64,000 nucleotides of DNA from Trichosphaerium sp. ATCC 40318 (GCA_038496445.1 JALMLS010000093.1:372001-436000); one strand, 5' to 3'; counted from the first letter of the stretch, positions 40,511-54,275 are shown. Notes: generated from the sequence alone by a model not told the origin. Numbers and translations: made by a program.

Positions 40511-40873
40511 GGTACGTTGTTACTATGTCAAATGTTTTGTCACGTGATAATTTCGAAGGAAAATTCTCCTGTATTTTCGCCCTAAAAGTCAGTGACATTA
40601 AAATAGTGTTTCAACCGCTTTCGTTTGGTACATAATCTGTATGCTATACCTACAGCGAAGAAAGTGCTGACAACTGTTTTTTTGACAAATGAAAAGAACA
40701 ATTTGGTTTTTATCAAAAGTTGAACTGCAGTGGTAGCAGTCCTACTTTGGCTTGTAATCATTGACTAAAATAAGTCATCAGACTAATCACGTGCAAATAG
40801 TTTTAACGTTGCTCAGAAAAATTTATTTATGTTACAGATATTCTACAATACAGCTTGCTCTGCACCCATTAAG

Positions 40874-43071
40874 TTAGCTAAAATAGTAAGCACCGTAACA
40901 CATAAACATTAAGTACGCACGTGTAATACTACAGACGCCGTGTGTCTCTAAAAGAGGCTTGGTACCCGGAGATACAGGCAAATTTAGCGATGGTTTATAA
41001 TGATTTAATGTAGCTGCAATAGAGTCTGTATCACCTTTCCAGTTATAAGGAATAGGAACAAGACAGATACCTAAATTAAAAAGATTGGTGAGCGTCAAAT
41101 CTTACCAACTGTGATAAAAGCGTGGTACATACCTGCAACTTCACATTGCCTTTGTTTTTCATCATCTCTAACTTTTTGGATATCAGCAAGCTGCCATCTT
41201 GACAAGTCATTATAATGTTGTTCGCCTATGTATCATGTTAAGTTGCTGTACACTATGTGTTTGGAATGTGATAAAACGTGCCCTGGTACTCTATAGCAAT
41301 GTTATGTTCTGGAATAAATACATCGACAGAAAGTCCTCTATCAGTTTTTCTATCATCAATTATAGATTCTTCTAGCACACGACCACGTGGGAAAATAGAC
41401 TTCAATCTCTGTGTTAGTGCTCTTTGAAAAAGTAAGGATCCAAAGCATTTGAGAGAATACACAACATCAACGTACTGCTGCTTTGCTTGTTTACCAGGTA
41501 ATGAAAACTTTTCCCAAACCCAAGGGAAATGAGGTTCGACTTTCTTGAGAATATAAGGCCAGTACTTCAGCACACCGTTACCTTCCATCTGTAAAATCTG
41601 TTCTTTAGATATCTGGTACCTTTATAAAGAAAAAAGTCAGTACTTTAGAGTAATCACACAAATCAAGTCAAGTGTCAATGTACCAGCTTGATGCGTTTGA
41701 TATTTTGTATTGATTTTTAACTTTGGTCAGAAACTCTTTTTGATTTTGTTCACTTGACCAATACCCTGTGCTTCCAAACATCCAAGGACGCCATTTATGT
41801 TTAGGATAAGAGAAAGAAAGAGAGTCAGACAAAGATCCATTGTGCAAGTTCCTAACAGGTTCATTTTTAGAAAAATCACGTGATCAGTCTAAAAAGATGT
41901 TCGAAAAGAAAAAAAAATCTTAAAGCATCCGTACAGTACACCACGGCCACGGTATTTTATTGTGTCTTTCTTTGATATACTGTACCAATCATCTAGCACT
42001 TTAACATTCAAGTATTTCCCAATAACATCTAAACGTTGCTTTTGTCGTTTATTGCTAGCCCAATACTCCTCACCAGAACGACGTAGATATTGAACCCACG
42101 TATAATTAGGATACATACTAGATAGACATGCATTCATAGAACCATTGTAATGCTTGCTATGCACAAGTTAACAACAAACTGAATGAATAAGTGTATCCTG
42201 CGTACAGTAAACCTCCAGCACCTTGCTTGATGAACTGATGTTGATCTACAGTATACCAATCATCCATTGTCTTGATACCAAGCCTTTGTTCAAACACAGG
42301 AGCCATTTGTGTGCTATTCTTTGGATTTTGCCAGTAGTTCGCAGGTGCTTGGCTTGGAGATCTGTTAAACCAAGTGCAAGAAAGACAAAGCTGGTTTTTT
42401 ACGTATATCACGTGTCACGTACGTGAATTGAAATGGCAGCCATGTATGGTATGGATATACGCATGTTAGAGCAGCTACAAGGTCGTTGTAGTGTAAATTT
42501 CTTTGTTTAGAGTTATTTACGGTTTAGTGGTTATTATTGTATCGTACAATATCAATCGTAGTGATTTATGATTAGCTAGAGTGCTCTTATCAATACTATA
42601 CCAGTCGTCAAGAACTTTTAAATTGTTTTTTGCTGAAAACGCTTCAAATACATTTCTCTGTCGGTTTGGGCTGTCATCGAAGAACTCCAGTCGCTGATTT
42701 GATGATTTGGGCGGTTTCTCAGGTTTTTGCCGTTGTTTCTTTCGCTTTATGGCTACTTCGCGTAGAATAGCCGCGTGGGGTAAAAATCCGCGTGTTCTAC
42801 TTCTCATTCCTTTATTTAAATTACATATTTGCGTTTCTGTCACTACCACGCCTGACTGCGTTGTAATGTATCGTGCGCATGGTATCGAGAGTTCAGTGTT
42901 ACCTCTTAAGCTCAGCGTTCTTAAGTGCAGTCCTAGCCACACAATTCCAACCCCGCGATACCAACGCCGTAGCGTTTCAACGCCAGGTATTTTCATCAAG
43001 TTTTGCCAAACAAATAGTGTAAAAGACCGTAAAATGGCCGCACGACGCAGAGTACGCCTAAAATACTTCAT
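40874..43071 (-). CDS. Protein with four ~65-aa DDWY repeats and a C-terminal PD-(D/E)XK-like (DUF559/RAP-like) nuclease domain; possible mitochondrial presequence
   Basis: Repeats of W..Q..DDWY..G.LL..YNGS..L..YP..W; C-terminal LSVDVFIPEHNIAIEYQGEQHY..RDDEKQRQC..GICLVPIPY; Arg-rich N-terminus MKYFRRTLRRAAILRSF. Confidence 0.78.
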
Positions 43072-43141
43072 TGCGAGTATTAATTTAGTCTAGAAAACGC
43101 GTTCGAAAGCAAACAACCAAATTACTGTTCTACAACTTCCA

Positions 43142-44329
43142 ATGGAACTACAGCTAGAAATAATGGATTTAGACGCCGAAATTTACATTCTTTGGCCTCT
43201 ACTATCAACACTCAGTGCAATGAGCTCAAGGTTTGACAACAACTTGAACAAACAAGGTAAATGGATGAGATTCAGCAAGAACCGTAAAGTAGGGCAACGT
43301 TTCTACGCACATGGGCTAAAACAAGGAGAATTCAAAATGTGGCGTAGAACTGGTACACCAGTCAAGTTTTGCTCTTATGTGAACGATAAACTTGATGGAG
43401 ACTATAAAACATGGTTTAGGAATGGTAAGCCTCAGTACCATATTGAGTATAAGGAGGGTAGGAAGAATGGATTATCAAAGTCGTTTTGGAGAGAAACTGG
43501 TACATTGCGGTGCCGCAAGTTCTATGTAAATGGTAAGGAAAATGGAGAGTTTAAAACATACTATAAGAGTGGTCAACTACAAAGACATGGGTATAAAGTC
43601 AATGGTCTTGACGATGGAGAAGAAAAGCGTTGGCATGAAAATGGTCAGCTTGCTCATATTAGTCATAGAGTTAAAGATATAAGAAAAGGAGAGGTTAAGG
43701 AATGGCATGATAATGGTCAGCTTTCAAACCATATTGTTTCTGTTTCTGAGGATAGAGAGAAAGATACTGAGTGGTACGAAACTGGAGAGCTAAAAAGTCG
43801 TTGCTTTTTAGTTCCTAATAGAGAGAAAGCCAAGAATAGATACGGTTACAATCCACCATATTTGAAAGAAGGTGTTGAAAGGAAGTGGTACAAAAGTGGA
43901 CAATTAGAAGTAGAGACAACTTATGTTAAAAATAATAAAGAAGGTGTACAAACGAGCTATCATGAAAATGGCCAAGAAAGTGAGAAATATACTTATGTTA
44001 ATGACAAATGTATAGATCGCAAGTGCTGGTATGATAATGGACAATTAGAGGAGATATTCACCTATAATGATGATGTTGATATGAATAAACAATGGCATAG
44101 GAATGGTCAGATACACCGATGCGGTTTTTATAAAGATGGTAAACTACATGGAACGTATACAGAGTGGCATGACAATGGGACAATGAAAAGTCAAACCGAG
44201 TATTTTGAAGGACTGGTAAAAGGTGTCAACAAAACATGGTATTCAAATGGGCAGTTGCGGACTCGCGCTGATAAAAATAATTCAACTTATGATTGTTGGC
44301 GTGAGGACGGTTCTAAGTATCCGTCTTAA
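43142..44329 (+). CDS. Intronless MORN-variant (MORN_2/YwqK-like) repeat protein
   Basis: 395-aa ORF made of G..K.W(H/Y)(E/D)NGQL repeats of about 24 aa. Confidence 0.88.
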   Translation: MELQLEIMDLDAEIYILWPLLSTLSAMSSRFDNNLNKQGKWMRFSKNRKVGQRFYAHGLKQGEFKMWRRTGTPVKFCSYVNDKLDGDYKTWFRNGKPQYHIEYKEGRKNGLSKSFWRETGTLRCRKFYVNGKENGEFKTYYKSGQLQRHGYKVNGLDDGEEKRWHENGQLAHISHRVKDIRKGEVKEWHDNGQLSNHIVSVSEDREKDTEWYETGELKSRCFLVPNREKAKNRYGYNPPYLKEGVERKWYKSGQLEVETTYVKNNKEGVQTSYHENGQESEKYTYVNDKCIDRKCWYDNGQLEEIFTYNDDVDMNKQWHRNGQIHRCGFYKDGKLHGTYTEWHDNGTMKSQTEYFEGLVKGVNKTWYSNGQLRTRADKNNSTYDCWREDGSKYPS

Positions 44330-44525
44330 CCCCAAATACGTCTTTCTATCACGTGTTGCCTTGATACCTTTTCAATCAGAGTGGACAGGTTGGCTTCCTT
44401 CAGTAACTTAGAATATACAGCGTGTTAAAGTTCATCCTAATAAAAAATAATCAACTTAAAAAAGTACGCTCAGTAAATAGATGACTCGCCTCCCAGTAGT
44501 TTGAAACTGAGACTTTAGATGAGAG

Positions 44526-47467
44526 ATGAAGTTTCTGTTAATTAGCTTACTAGTGCTATTTGGTAAATATTAGTGTATCACGTGACTTTTGACTAAGCTA
44601 GGAATCCCAATTTTTGAAGTGATGATATCAACTGCAGTGTGGTATCGATACCAACCTAAACGCGTGCGCGTAGGAAACTGAAAATAAGTTTTGAGAAAGG
44701 TTCGCAGTGATTGTCACTTGACTTTTTTTTTTCGTTTCAATTTGTGTACAACAAAAAGGCCTGCTTAAGTTCTTCAGAAGTAGCTTATATTATCTACAAA
44801 GAAGCGCAGGCATGCGATATTTGGCGTATTTAGTTGTATTTACGGTATGCGCGAGCACAGCGTATCATATGAGAATAATAGATGATTCAAACGCAGAATA
44901 CTCAAATACACAAGGTAGTAACTCTTTTTACGTGTATTACTTACGTTTTTAGCTTCTACAAGTAATCTAGTTAATATTAACACACGGACTTCCGAAATAA
45001 GGTACGTCTACGCCAGGAAGTGCGGTTTTGAGAATTACTACGAAAAGTCACAAGATAAAAACTAAGCGCCGTTAAATTTATTAAAAACCACCGTATAACA
45101 ACCAAAACTACATCACAACAACGGATTTAATCTTATAACCTCATAAAACTTACTCCTACTCTAAATACTCCATCAAATACCATTTTATAACTCAACTGAC
45201 ACATGTCACATAGAAAATCCGATGAAAAAGCTGTTAAAGGAACTACAGACTCAGCCGTAACAATTTCATCGTTTGGTACTAACACAGCGATTGCACCATC
45301 AGCTCCTTCCGAACCCGTTGCGCCTCATAGTGCACCTACGGAGCCTATGGCGCCCACGAATCCGCCTTCGAAAGTGGTGGCGCCTTCAACGTCTCCGCCT
45401 ACTACGTTAGGTTATACGAAAAAAAAAAAAACTTCAACTTTTCTATTTATACTCCACCTTATCATCATGTGGTTTTATATTTATTCTGTATCTCCATAGT
45501 TTTTTTTGTGAGAAATTTGGTGTGCGTGTGACACCAAGTTATCACGTGCTGGCAAAAAAAAATCGAGTCAACAAATTTTTTACGCCTTTCTCTTTGTCTG
45601 TCCTTGTTATTGTACTTACTAACTGTAATTACATACAGGTCCTGTGGCACCTACAACAAAAGCACCGACAACAAAAGCTCCAACAACAAAGGCCCCAACA
45701 AAGGCTCCTACCACAAAGGCTCCGACAACAAAAGCTCCCACAACAAAGGCACCAACAACAAAAGCACCAACAAAAGCGCCAACAACAAAAGCACCGACAA
45801 CAAAGGCGCCAACAACAAAAGCACCAACGACAAAAGCGCCAACGACAAAGGCACCGACAACAAAAGCACCAACAACAAAGGCTCCAATAACAACGGCACC
45901 TACTACAGTATCGCCTACAGCTAATATTACAAAGCCTCCAACCACTCTTGCACCAACTACTGTTGCTCCATCAGTAAACTTCACTACGCCTACATTATCT
46001 CCAAAGCCACCTGCATCACCAACGTTTACACCCGTTGCTCCTCCATCAAACATGACAAAACCACCTACAGTTTCACCAACTGCGCCAACTGTATCTCCTA
46101 TAGGCTGTCATCCTTGTAAACCCGGATATCACTCAACATCACGTTGTGTAACTACCGGTGATGTATGTCTAAGTGGTTATTGCAGTAAGGGAAAAGACTG
46201 CAAGCATGTGGCACTGGCCTTTATCAGAATCACACGGTGAGTTTTTTACTATGTTTTTTTTTTTAGTTGCATTCAGGTTTGGTATTAAGTTTATGTGTTT
46301 TAGGCGCAAGCTTCCTGTATGTTATGTCAGAAGGGTCAATACCAACCAACTTTTGGAGCTACTGGTTGTCTTACTTGTCAGAAAGGCAATTATTGTCCAG
46401 TAACACAAGCTCAGTATCCAGTGGCTTGTTCGGTTGGACATTTCTGTCCATATGCTGCTATGACAGAACCTAAGGCTTGTCAGCCTAGGTAGGTTTCTAA
46501 CTTACCACGTGACATAAGTAGTTAACTTTGTGATAGGTATTATTGCCCAGACAAACAAATGACTACACCTATGGAGGTAACTTGTCAATTTTCTCAATTT
46601 TCTCACTTTTTTCGTTCATTGTTTGCTCATTAATTGTAGTGCCCACCAGGTTATTATTGTCCAACAAGTAGAATGGTGGCGGCTAAACTGTGCCCAGAAA
46701 AATTCTTTTGTGATTCAGAAATGATAGAGTATCCTGTACGTTCGCGCTTTTTGGTTCTTTCTTTTTTTTTTTTTTGAGTTTTCAAATGTGTTGCTAACTA
46801 TTTTTCTTCAACTAGACGCCATGTCCCGAAAATTCTTATTGTCCTTCTGGTACAATTAATCCTATTAAATGTCCGTTATTATATAATGCCGTTGAAAAAT
46901 CAGTAGTAAGCCAATGAATGTCTTTTTCTTTTTTGTGGTTTTTTTATCTTAATTCTTTCTTTTTAGAAATGCAAACCTTCAGTGGTATTCTGGGTTCTTG
47001 TTGCCATAGCAATTTTAGCTTTGGTACTATTTATTATAACCCTAATACTTATATACCTAACTCAATATTTAGATTATTATTGTTGTAGTCATTATATTTA
47101 CAAGCAGATTCATGGTACGTTTAAAAAAAAACTCCAAAAAAAAAAAAGCGCAAAAACAAAACATTCGTTGCTTCATGCTTTATTATTTTGAAGGAAGATT
47201 TTATGAGCGCTTTCTTGTTTATCATCTGTTGTTTTTCTACAAAATACACAGGTTTTTTCTTTCTTTGACACAAATACGTCTTGGTTGTGAGCTTATTGTT
47301 TTTTGTAACTTTTTTTTTTTTTTCAGATGAAGTCTCGTCAAAAGCAGGAGAGGAAGAAACAAGTAGATCGTCTTATACCCGAGCCAGAAGGTACATGTAT
47401 AAAACACATATTCTAATCTAACACTTGTAATTTTTTTAAAGGTGGTCCTGAATACCAAGGGTTTTAA
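44526..47467 (+). CDS. Type I membrane protein with PTTKA mucin stalk and Cys-rich (GCC2/GCC3-like CPxGyYCP) repeats
   Basis: Signal MKFLLISLLVLFG; PTTKA array; CQKGNYCP, CPPGYYCP, CPENSYCPSG; TM helix; tail ends GGPEYQGF. The 5' exon structure is uncertain. Confidence 0.75.
45647..45900 (+). repeat. Coding minisatellite, 15-bp (APTTK) units with two 12-bp (APTK) variants
   Basis: GCN CCN ACN ACA AAR repeated about 16 times with synonymous variation. Confidence 0.95.
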
Positions 47468-48424
47468 TTCAAAGACAGATTGCAGATGACTTTTTTTTTG
47501 AAGTGTAGGAATGTTTTCCAAACACCTTACCTCTTGTACAATACTTAAAATAACTTTCTACTTCTCTATGTGTATCCATTGTGTTTTCATACTGGTAATC
47601 TCAATTTTCAGTGGCACTGTGGCGTTCACTATTAACCAAAGATTCACGTAACAGCGTGCGTCGTCCTGTGGACGAATTGTACTTATGGCGTCACTCTGTT
47701 AAACTCGTTGAACACGATATCATCATTTGCTCAATTACAAAGTTGTACAGCCGTGATAGGTAGGTACGAAATTATTCATTACCTAAGCAAGAAAACGAGG
47801 TTTTTACTGAGTATCGTGGTTTGTACGCCAAGAATACCCTGTTCGCTGTTGTCCAAGAGCAACACGCGCTTTATGGATAGAAACAGTACTTTGTGGTACA
47901 GTTGTTCGTTTCAGCACCAAGCGTAGAACGCTGTTGTATTGTAGACCATTAACGAACGAATAACCAAATCTTCCCGCTATGGTAATACGGCGTTGTCTGC
48001 CACTCAAAAATAACACACGAGTAGAGCTTTGACGCAAGCGCGATGCTAAACACTGAAAGTACGGAATCAATAGCTCTGAAGTCTTAAAAAGTCTTAAAAA
48101 CCGACACAATCTGCAAAATTCGTGTATAGTTTGCTGCAATGCCCACAGGAAACAGTGCTTTACACAAGCTATTTTAGTCATTTTACAATAATTCGTTTGC
48201 ACTTCCTTTTGTGATTTTTTCGTGTACATTGGCTTGCTACCTGGTAATTCAGGCTGTGTACTGATGAGGTGAGGAATTTAAAAAAAACTAAACTAAAGAA
48301 CCAAGTACGCAATTAAATTTATTACTAGGCGTAAGCGTTGCAGTACGTTGGAACATAGCGCCGATGATAGGAGGTTCGTCTGTTTCTTTTAAAATTGTTT
48401 TCAGTCTAACTCGCTTTAAGAGAG

Positions 48425-51400
48425 ATGGCAATACCCCGTATACTTAGGCGACATCGAAGTGAGAGTGATACAATGGTAAGTAGGTTTTGCAACGATTCAC
48501 AAGTGCAAAAACCGAACTTTTTATATTGTTTTATTTTATCTCTAAACGGTTCCTAATGCTACAAAAAGGGCAGCAGAGGCACAAATGACTCGTATATGTC
48601 AGACTTGGAGGCACCAAGGACAACAAGACGTAAATTTACGGTATTTTACGAAGGCGATGAAGCTGAGGATATGCCACCAGTGCGTATTAAATTAGTTAAA
48701 TTAGTTGTTTGGATTTAACACAAAAAAAAAACCAGATACCTTTTGACGCAATGTCCGCTAGCAGTTCGGTTTCACCAAGATCAGAGCGACACACAAGGTA
48801 CAGTAAACAATATGACATAATTTGAGGTGTCAAACGAGTGATTTTGGACAAGCGTATCGCGTGTTTTTGAAAAACTGCAATTCTGCACTTGTTTTATGTA
48901 CTAAGAGCATATTAGAAAGAGTGAACGCAAGCACAAAGATAAGTCTACTTTATCAAGGAAGAAAAAGGTATATTCTTAGTACTCATAGCGAGCTATGATT
49001 TTTTTACTATTTTCCGGAACAATCATTTAAAAAACTTGAAAAAAAAAAATTCCTATGTCGCGTCAATGCTGTTCAGAACTTCGTTAAAATTTTCCTACCA
49101 ACTTATTATAACATGCGATCGCGCATACATTGCCCAGCAGTTATAACAAGAGTGTAGCGTGGCTACATTATAAGTATTATAACGCTTGTATCAAAATAAT
49201 ATTAGAATTCCTTCAATGATGCTCCACGCGTACTCTTTACCGGCTTTACCACGGGTTGGTGTCAAGCGCTGTTTTTGAAAAACATTTTATTAGTTTTTGT
49301 TGTATTGGTTAAAATACAATCAAATACACTAACTCTGCTATAGAAGCGTGAAAGGACTGTAATGGATGTATTTACACCGAGAAACAAATCGCAAAAAGCT
49401 CAATACAGAAAGTCTGCAGTATCGCCTCGAGCGAAAAAACAAAAGTCCCCACGGCCTCCTCAATCGCCTTCACGACGATACAAACATAAATTACAAAGAA
49501 CTGCTACTAAAATACTTGGACACGTACGATTATATTTAAAGACATGCTTTGATTTGATCGCAACGCCCAAAGAGCATTTTATTTGTGAAGCGAAACTGCA
49601 TAACTTGAAAACTTTTTGTCCTTTTTTAAATTTTGAAGCGTGTCGCGCGTCCAAATGGTATTCTCATGTATAATCAAATGCAGTGGTTGTTCAGAGAGGG
49701 TTTTTGCTTATTTCGGGCTAGGGTAAAACAAAGAGTACAGGGAGCAGTATAAAAGACTCCGAAGATGAAGACGTTAATAATACTGTGCTATGGCAGACTA
49801 CAACAGCTCCTGTTGTTATAAACGTCGAACCAGAATTCGTTCAATTGCAGCTTATTTTCTCAAAGGTAGACTACTTGCTTGTAATTATAATGCTTTAATA
49901 TGCTAATTTGGTGTTAAAATAGGCTGATACGGACAAGGATGGAGTTCTAAAAACATCTCAAGTAAAAGATGTGCTCAAATCGCGTACGTAGTTTGGTTAT
50001 GGCTTGGCATTTTGTTCTACGTGGATATTGGTGATGTTCTTTTGGTTTTAATGTTCTACTAGTCGGAGTTCCAAAAACTGATCACAACACGTTGATTAAA
50101 ACTATGCAACCTATTGACGCTGGGAAGTACACTTTTTCTGATCTTTACGAGGTTCTGGATGGTATTTTGCCCGATTGTGATTTGGGTACAAATGAAGGAA
50201 CCCAGTCTATCAATCTGAGATCTCTACCACTTATTCATCAAGTACAAGCTCTAAAGTACGCTGTTTTATAATTTCTCAACTCAAAGCAATCGGTTATACG
50301 TGACTAGAAACAGCTAACCATTTGAATAGGGTTCTCGTACGTCAAAAATCGCAAGAAGCACAACTTGCCAAAAGACGACTACGTGTTCACGAAAAGCGTA
50401 GAAAGTGCGTTTATCAATATTCTAACGCAACAGTTTCTTATTTTTTGTGCAACAGGGAAGAAGTAGAACGACTAGAAGAGTCCCTTAACAAGTCAATAAA
50501 AATCCGGTCTCAAAGCAACAAGAAGAAAAAGGAATTTTCTGCACTTGAGAGTGTTATTGCGGATAGAAAATCAGAGCTAAGGTCTTTGGACACAAAGATT
50601 ATGAAGCGGGTATGTTAAGCTTTTTAGAAAAGTGTCATGACTTTTTTTGACTTTTTGTTCAGAAACGGAACCTGGAGGATATTATGTTCGTTATTGAGGA
50701 GAAAAATAAACTCCTTGATTTAAAGGAAAGGGTTGTACAAAAGAGACAGAAAGAAACAGATGCATTGGATAGTAAAATTAAAGAAAAACTAGAAAGAATG
50801 AATGTACTAAAAGATAGTATTGAGATTGAAGAGGAAAGGATTGAAGAGCTTCGTGATACTGCTGTTGAAGTTGGTTCGTATAAGAAGGAACTTGATAAAG
50901 GTGTTAAAGATAGTATTGATAAACTACATACTCTCATGACAGCTATGAAGCAAACTGTGTCTGCGAAGTCTACAGCGCGTGGTACGTTTATTTTTTTTCT
51001 TGTTTTTTTCTGTTTTGTTTATTCTGTTGATATCGGGTTTTTTTTTTGTTCTCATGGTGTATTTTGTAGGTGCTCGAAGCCAGAGGAGTGGTTCTAGAAC
51101 ACATAGAAGCGTTAAGGAAACGCCAGAGAAAGTTGCTAGCGGTCTTTTGGATGTTGATTCAAATCACAAGAATGGACGACATTCTCGTAATAGTAGCCGT
51201 GGTAGCGCAAGTAAGAGTCATCGTAGTATCAAAGATATTAAATCACAAGATGATTCCCAGTTACCTAGTTCTAGTACGTATTTATAGAGTAAAGCCTTTT
51301 TTTTTGTGTTTTTTTGAGGCTTACCAGTTTTTGTTTCAGGTGAAGAGCATAAGTCCTGTAATTCAGAGCAAGATGTATTCTCTGCTACTCCATTACCAAA

Positions 51401-54275
51401 TGATATACCACTTGATCTTTCTAAAAATGATGATAAGTCTGAAGAAAGCGAAAGTGAAAGTGATGAAGAGGAGTTCAGGTTTTCGAACTTACTTCAATAC
51501 TACGAAGATCTAAAGAAACTCGAGAATCGTGTTGTATCTCCTGACTATAGAGAAAAGTTTTACAAGGAAGTTGGGGAACAACAAGCATGCGATTCAGGAT
51601 CTAACAACCCTGATATTAAAATCGAGATTATTAAGGTATTAATAGCGTGGCAATGACTTAATCAACTGTTAATTTTTTTCTGCTGTTTTTGTTTGTTCTT
51701 CGTGTTGTTCTGACCTTTTCTTTTTTTTTAGAAGCAAGAGTTCCAAGCTAAAGTATCACAGTATAATGATGATCTCAGTGACTCTGATTCTTTTGAAGGT
51801 CGTTATAATACCGCTAAAGAAGCAGTATTTGTAAATTTTACTGCGCTTTCAGAGAAAATAATTGAAAATGGAACTGTCAAGCAAAGTACGTATTTATGCG
51901 CCCTTTTTTTATTATATTTATACTAAATATTTAATGTAGTACCAAATAAGACTGTAATGACGTCACTTTTAAACAGAGGAAAAGAGCTTGAAGCTGAAAA
52001 TATGCGTTTGCGTTTGTTGCTCAATGAAAAAGCTAGCGAATCTGGAAACGCTCCAAAGTCACAGTTTATGGAAGTATCTACGCTTGATACGGATAAATGG
52101 TTCTCTTCAAATGACAACAAAGTCTCAGAAGTATCTATAGCGGCTCTTGATGAGTCTGTGGAACCTAAGTCTGCTCGAAGCAATATTTCAGATTCTTCTA
52201 CAATGTCAATCGCAAGTAAGGCTACTACAACGGTTGATGAGCCTGATACGTATGTTTATGTTATATCAAAGTATTTGCTAAATGTTATAGAACATCCGAT
52301 GCTGCTACAATTGTAAATGAAGAGGTGAAGGGTGATGAAACTACACCGTATGTTTTTTTTTGTATTCTTTTTTTTATTTATCTAATTGATTTTCTTAGTA
52401 CAACTGCAACTACAGCAACAAGACCAAAACATATACCGGTAATTAATGGCATTGATAAAAATCACGTAGTAGGTCAAGCGCTATATGACTTCACAGCGAC
52501 TACAGAAGGCGCCTTGTCACTTGTTAAAGGTCAAGTTTTGACTGTCATTCTTCAAGAGCCAGTACGTTATTTCGTTTTTTTTCTTTTCTCATACGAGTAA
52601 ACTACCAAGTGTCAAGTTGTTGTTAACTCTATTCAAGGGAGGTTGGTGGAAAGCAGTCAGCGCCGAAGGCCAAGTTGGATGGATACCAGCGACATATATT
52701 CGTAAATTTCCTGAACTTATTCCTCCAGAGCTTGGTCCTGAGTTCAGGGAGCCATCAGAAGAGCCAAAGTCAAATGAAGAAAAAGAAGAAGAAAAAGAAG
52801 AACCAAAAGAAGAACAAAAAGAAGAAACAAAGGAAGAAACAAAGGAACCGGAAGAAGAACCAACAACTGAAAAAGCTGATGTGGTTGTTATTACTGTTAC
52901 AGATGACACAGAAGATACTAGTCAATGTCTTAGTGTTGATGGAAGTGATGATATCACTGAAGAAGACTCTGAAAGCGAAAGTCTTAAGAGTACAAAAAGC
53001 AACAAGAGTACAAAGAGCAGCAAGAGTATCAAAAGCAATAAGAGTACCAAGAGTAGCAAAAGTATTAAAAGCGTCAAGAGTGAGCAACCGAAGAGTATCA
53101 AGAGCGTTGTTAGTATCAACAGTGAAAAGAGCGGGAAGAGTAGTAAGAGCGTCAAGAGCTTCAAGAGCGTCAAGAGTGTAAAGAGCGAACCTTCAGCGAA
53201 AAGTGCTAGATTTGATTCTCGTATTTCTCGAAGTGAAGGAAGCAGTGACAAACGTGTTAAGAGGTCCAAGAGTGTCAAGGCAGTGAAGAGAAGACATATA
53301 AAGAGTAAGAGTGTTGGTGGAAGTCATACATCACGTATTAGAAAGAGCTCTGTTGTTAAGGCTACAACTAAGCTTCAACATAAACCTATCACTCATTTTA
53401 GTGATAGTGAATATTCTGATAGTGATCTTAATTCTTCTTCTGGATTTAATGATATTGGAGATTCACCTCTTTCTAACCTTATTAATGAAGATCTATTGAC
53501 TCAATCTGAACTTTCTTGTGATACTGATATTACTGGAGAGTTGGATAGTATGGAGACATCATCAAAGTCAGAAAAGAGTTTGTCTAAGAAGAGAAAGCAT
53601 TCGAAGAGAAAGAGTAAAGATTTCTCAAAAAAGAACCAAGTTGTTGGTATTAAAACATATAGAAGTAGTTCGCCTGGAGGTAGAAAAAGATCTTTATCAC
53701 AGTCAAAGAGTCTTGGAGATGATTTGAATAAATATAGCGGAGATGAGACTTCATCACCTAAGAAGAAAGCAGATTCGAAGATGTTCAAAAGAAAAAGACC
53801 TAAATCACAACGTATATCTAGATTAAATGTTGATAAATCACAACATGGTAGTTCTCTACTTAAACATACAAAGGAGAAGGAGATAGATAAGATATCAAAG
53901 AACAAAGGAAACTCTACTTTTCGTCTTAAGTTCAGGAGGTCTTATAGAAAATCTAAACCTAAACAAAGACCTCTTGAACTTAGTGATAGTAGTGATGATG
54001 GACTTTTTACTATGCGTGTTGGATCAGAGGTTGCTTTTACAATGCCTACAGGATCAGAAGCACCACCTATTGTTAACGGAAATGATAATGTTGTTCCACC
54101 TTTGACTTCTTTGTATGGAAGTTCAATGTTGAATGATGAAATGGAACTTCATTCTGGTATTAGTCCTACTGGCAGTCGATCTGACATTGAGACAAGCCTT
54201 GATAGCCTTTTTTCTAGATTTGCTAAGGCTAATGGCACTGCAGCTGGCATTAATGATTTGACATATAGCACCTAA
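48425..54275 (+). CDS. Large EF-hand / coiled-coil / SH3 protein with Ser/Lys-rich tail
   Basis: IFSKADTDKDGVL EF-hand; E/K coiled coil; SH3 ALYDFTATTEGALSLVKGQVLTV..GGWW..GQVGWIPATYI; KSxKSx repeats. The 5' end is uncertain. Confidence 0.72.

Noticed and set aside
45604-46053. Alternative-frame and antisense ORFs over the PTTKA repeat (poly VVGAF, QQK, NKS)
   Set aside because: These are shadows of the coding minisatellite; synonymous variation supports the PTTKA frame.
47600-48360. 141-aa minus-strand ORF and nearby fragments
   Set aside because: No recognisable domain or coherent exon model could be built.
52675-53905. Overlapping poly-Leu/Phe/Lys ORFs
   Set aside because: These are shadow frames of the low-complexity E/K/S-rich exon.
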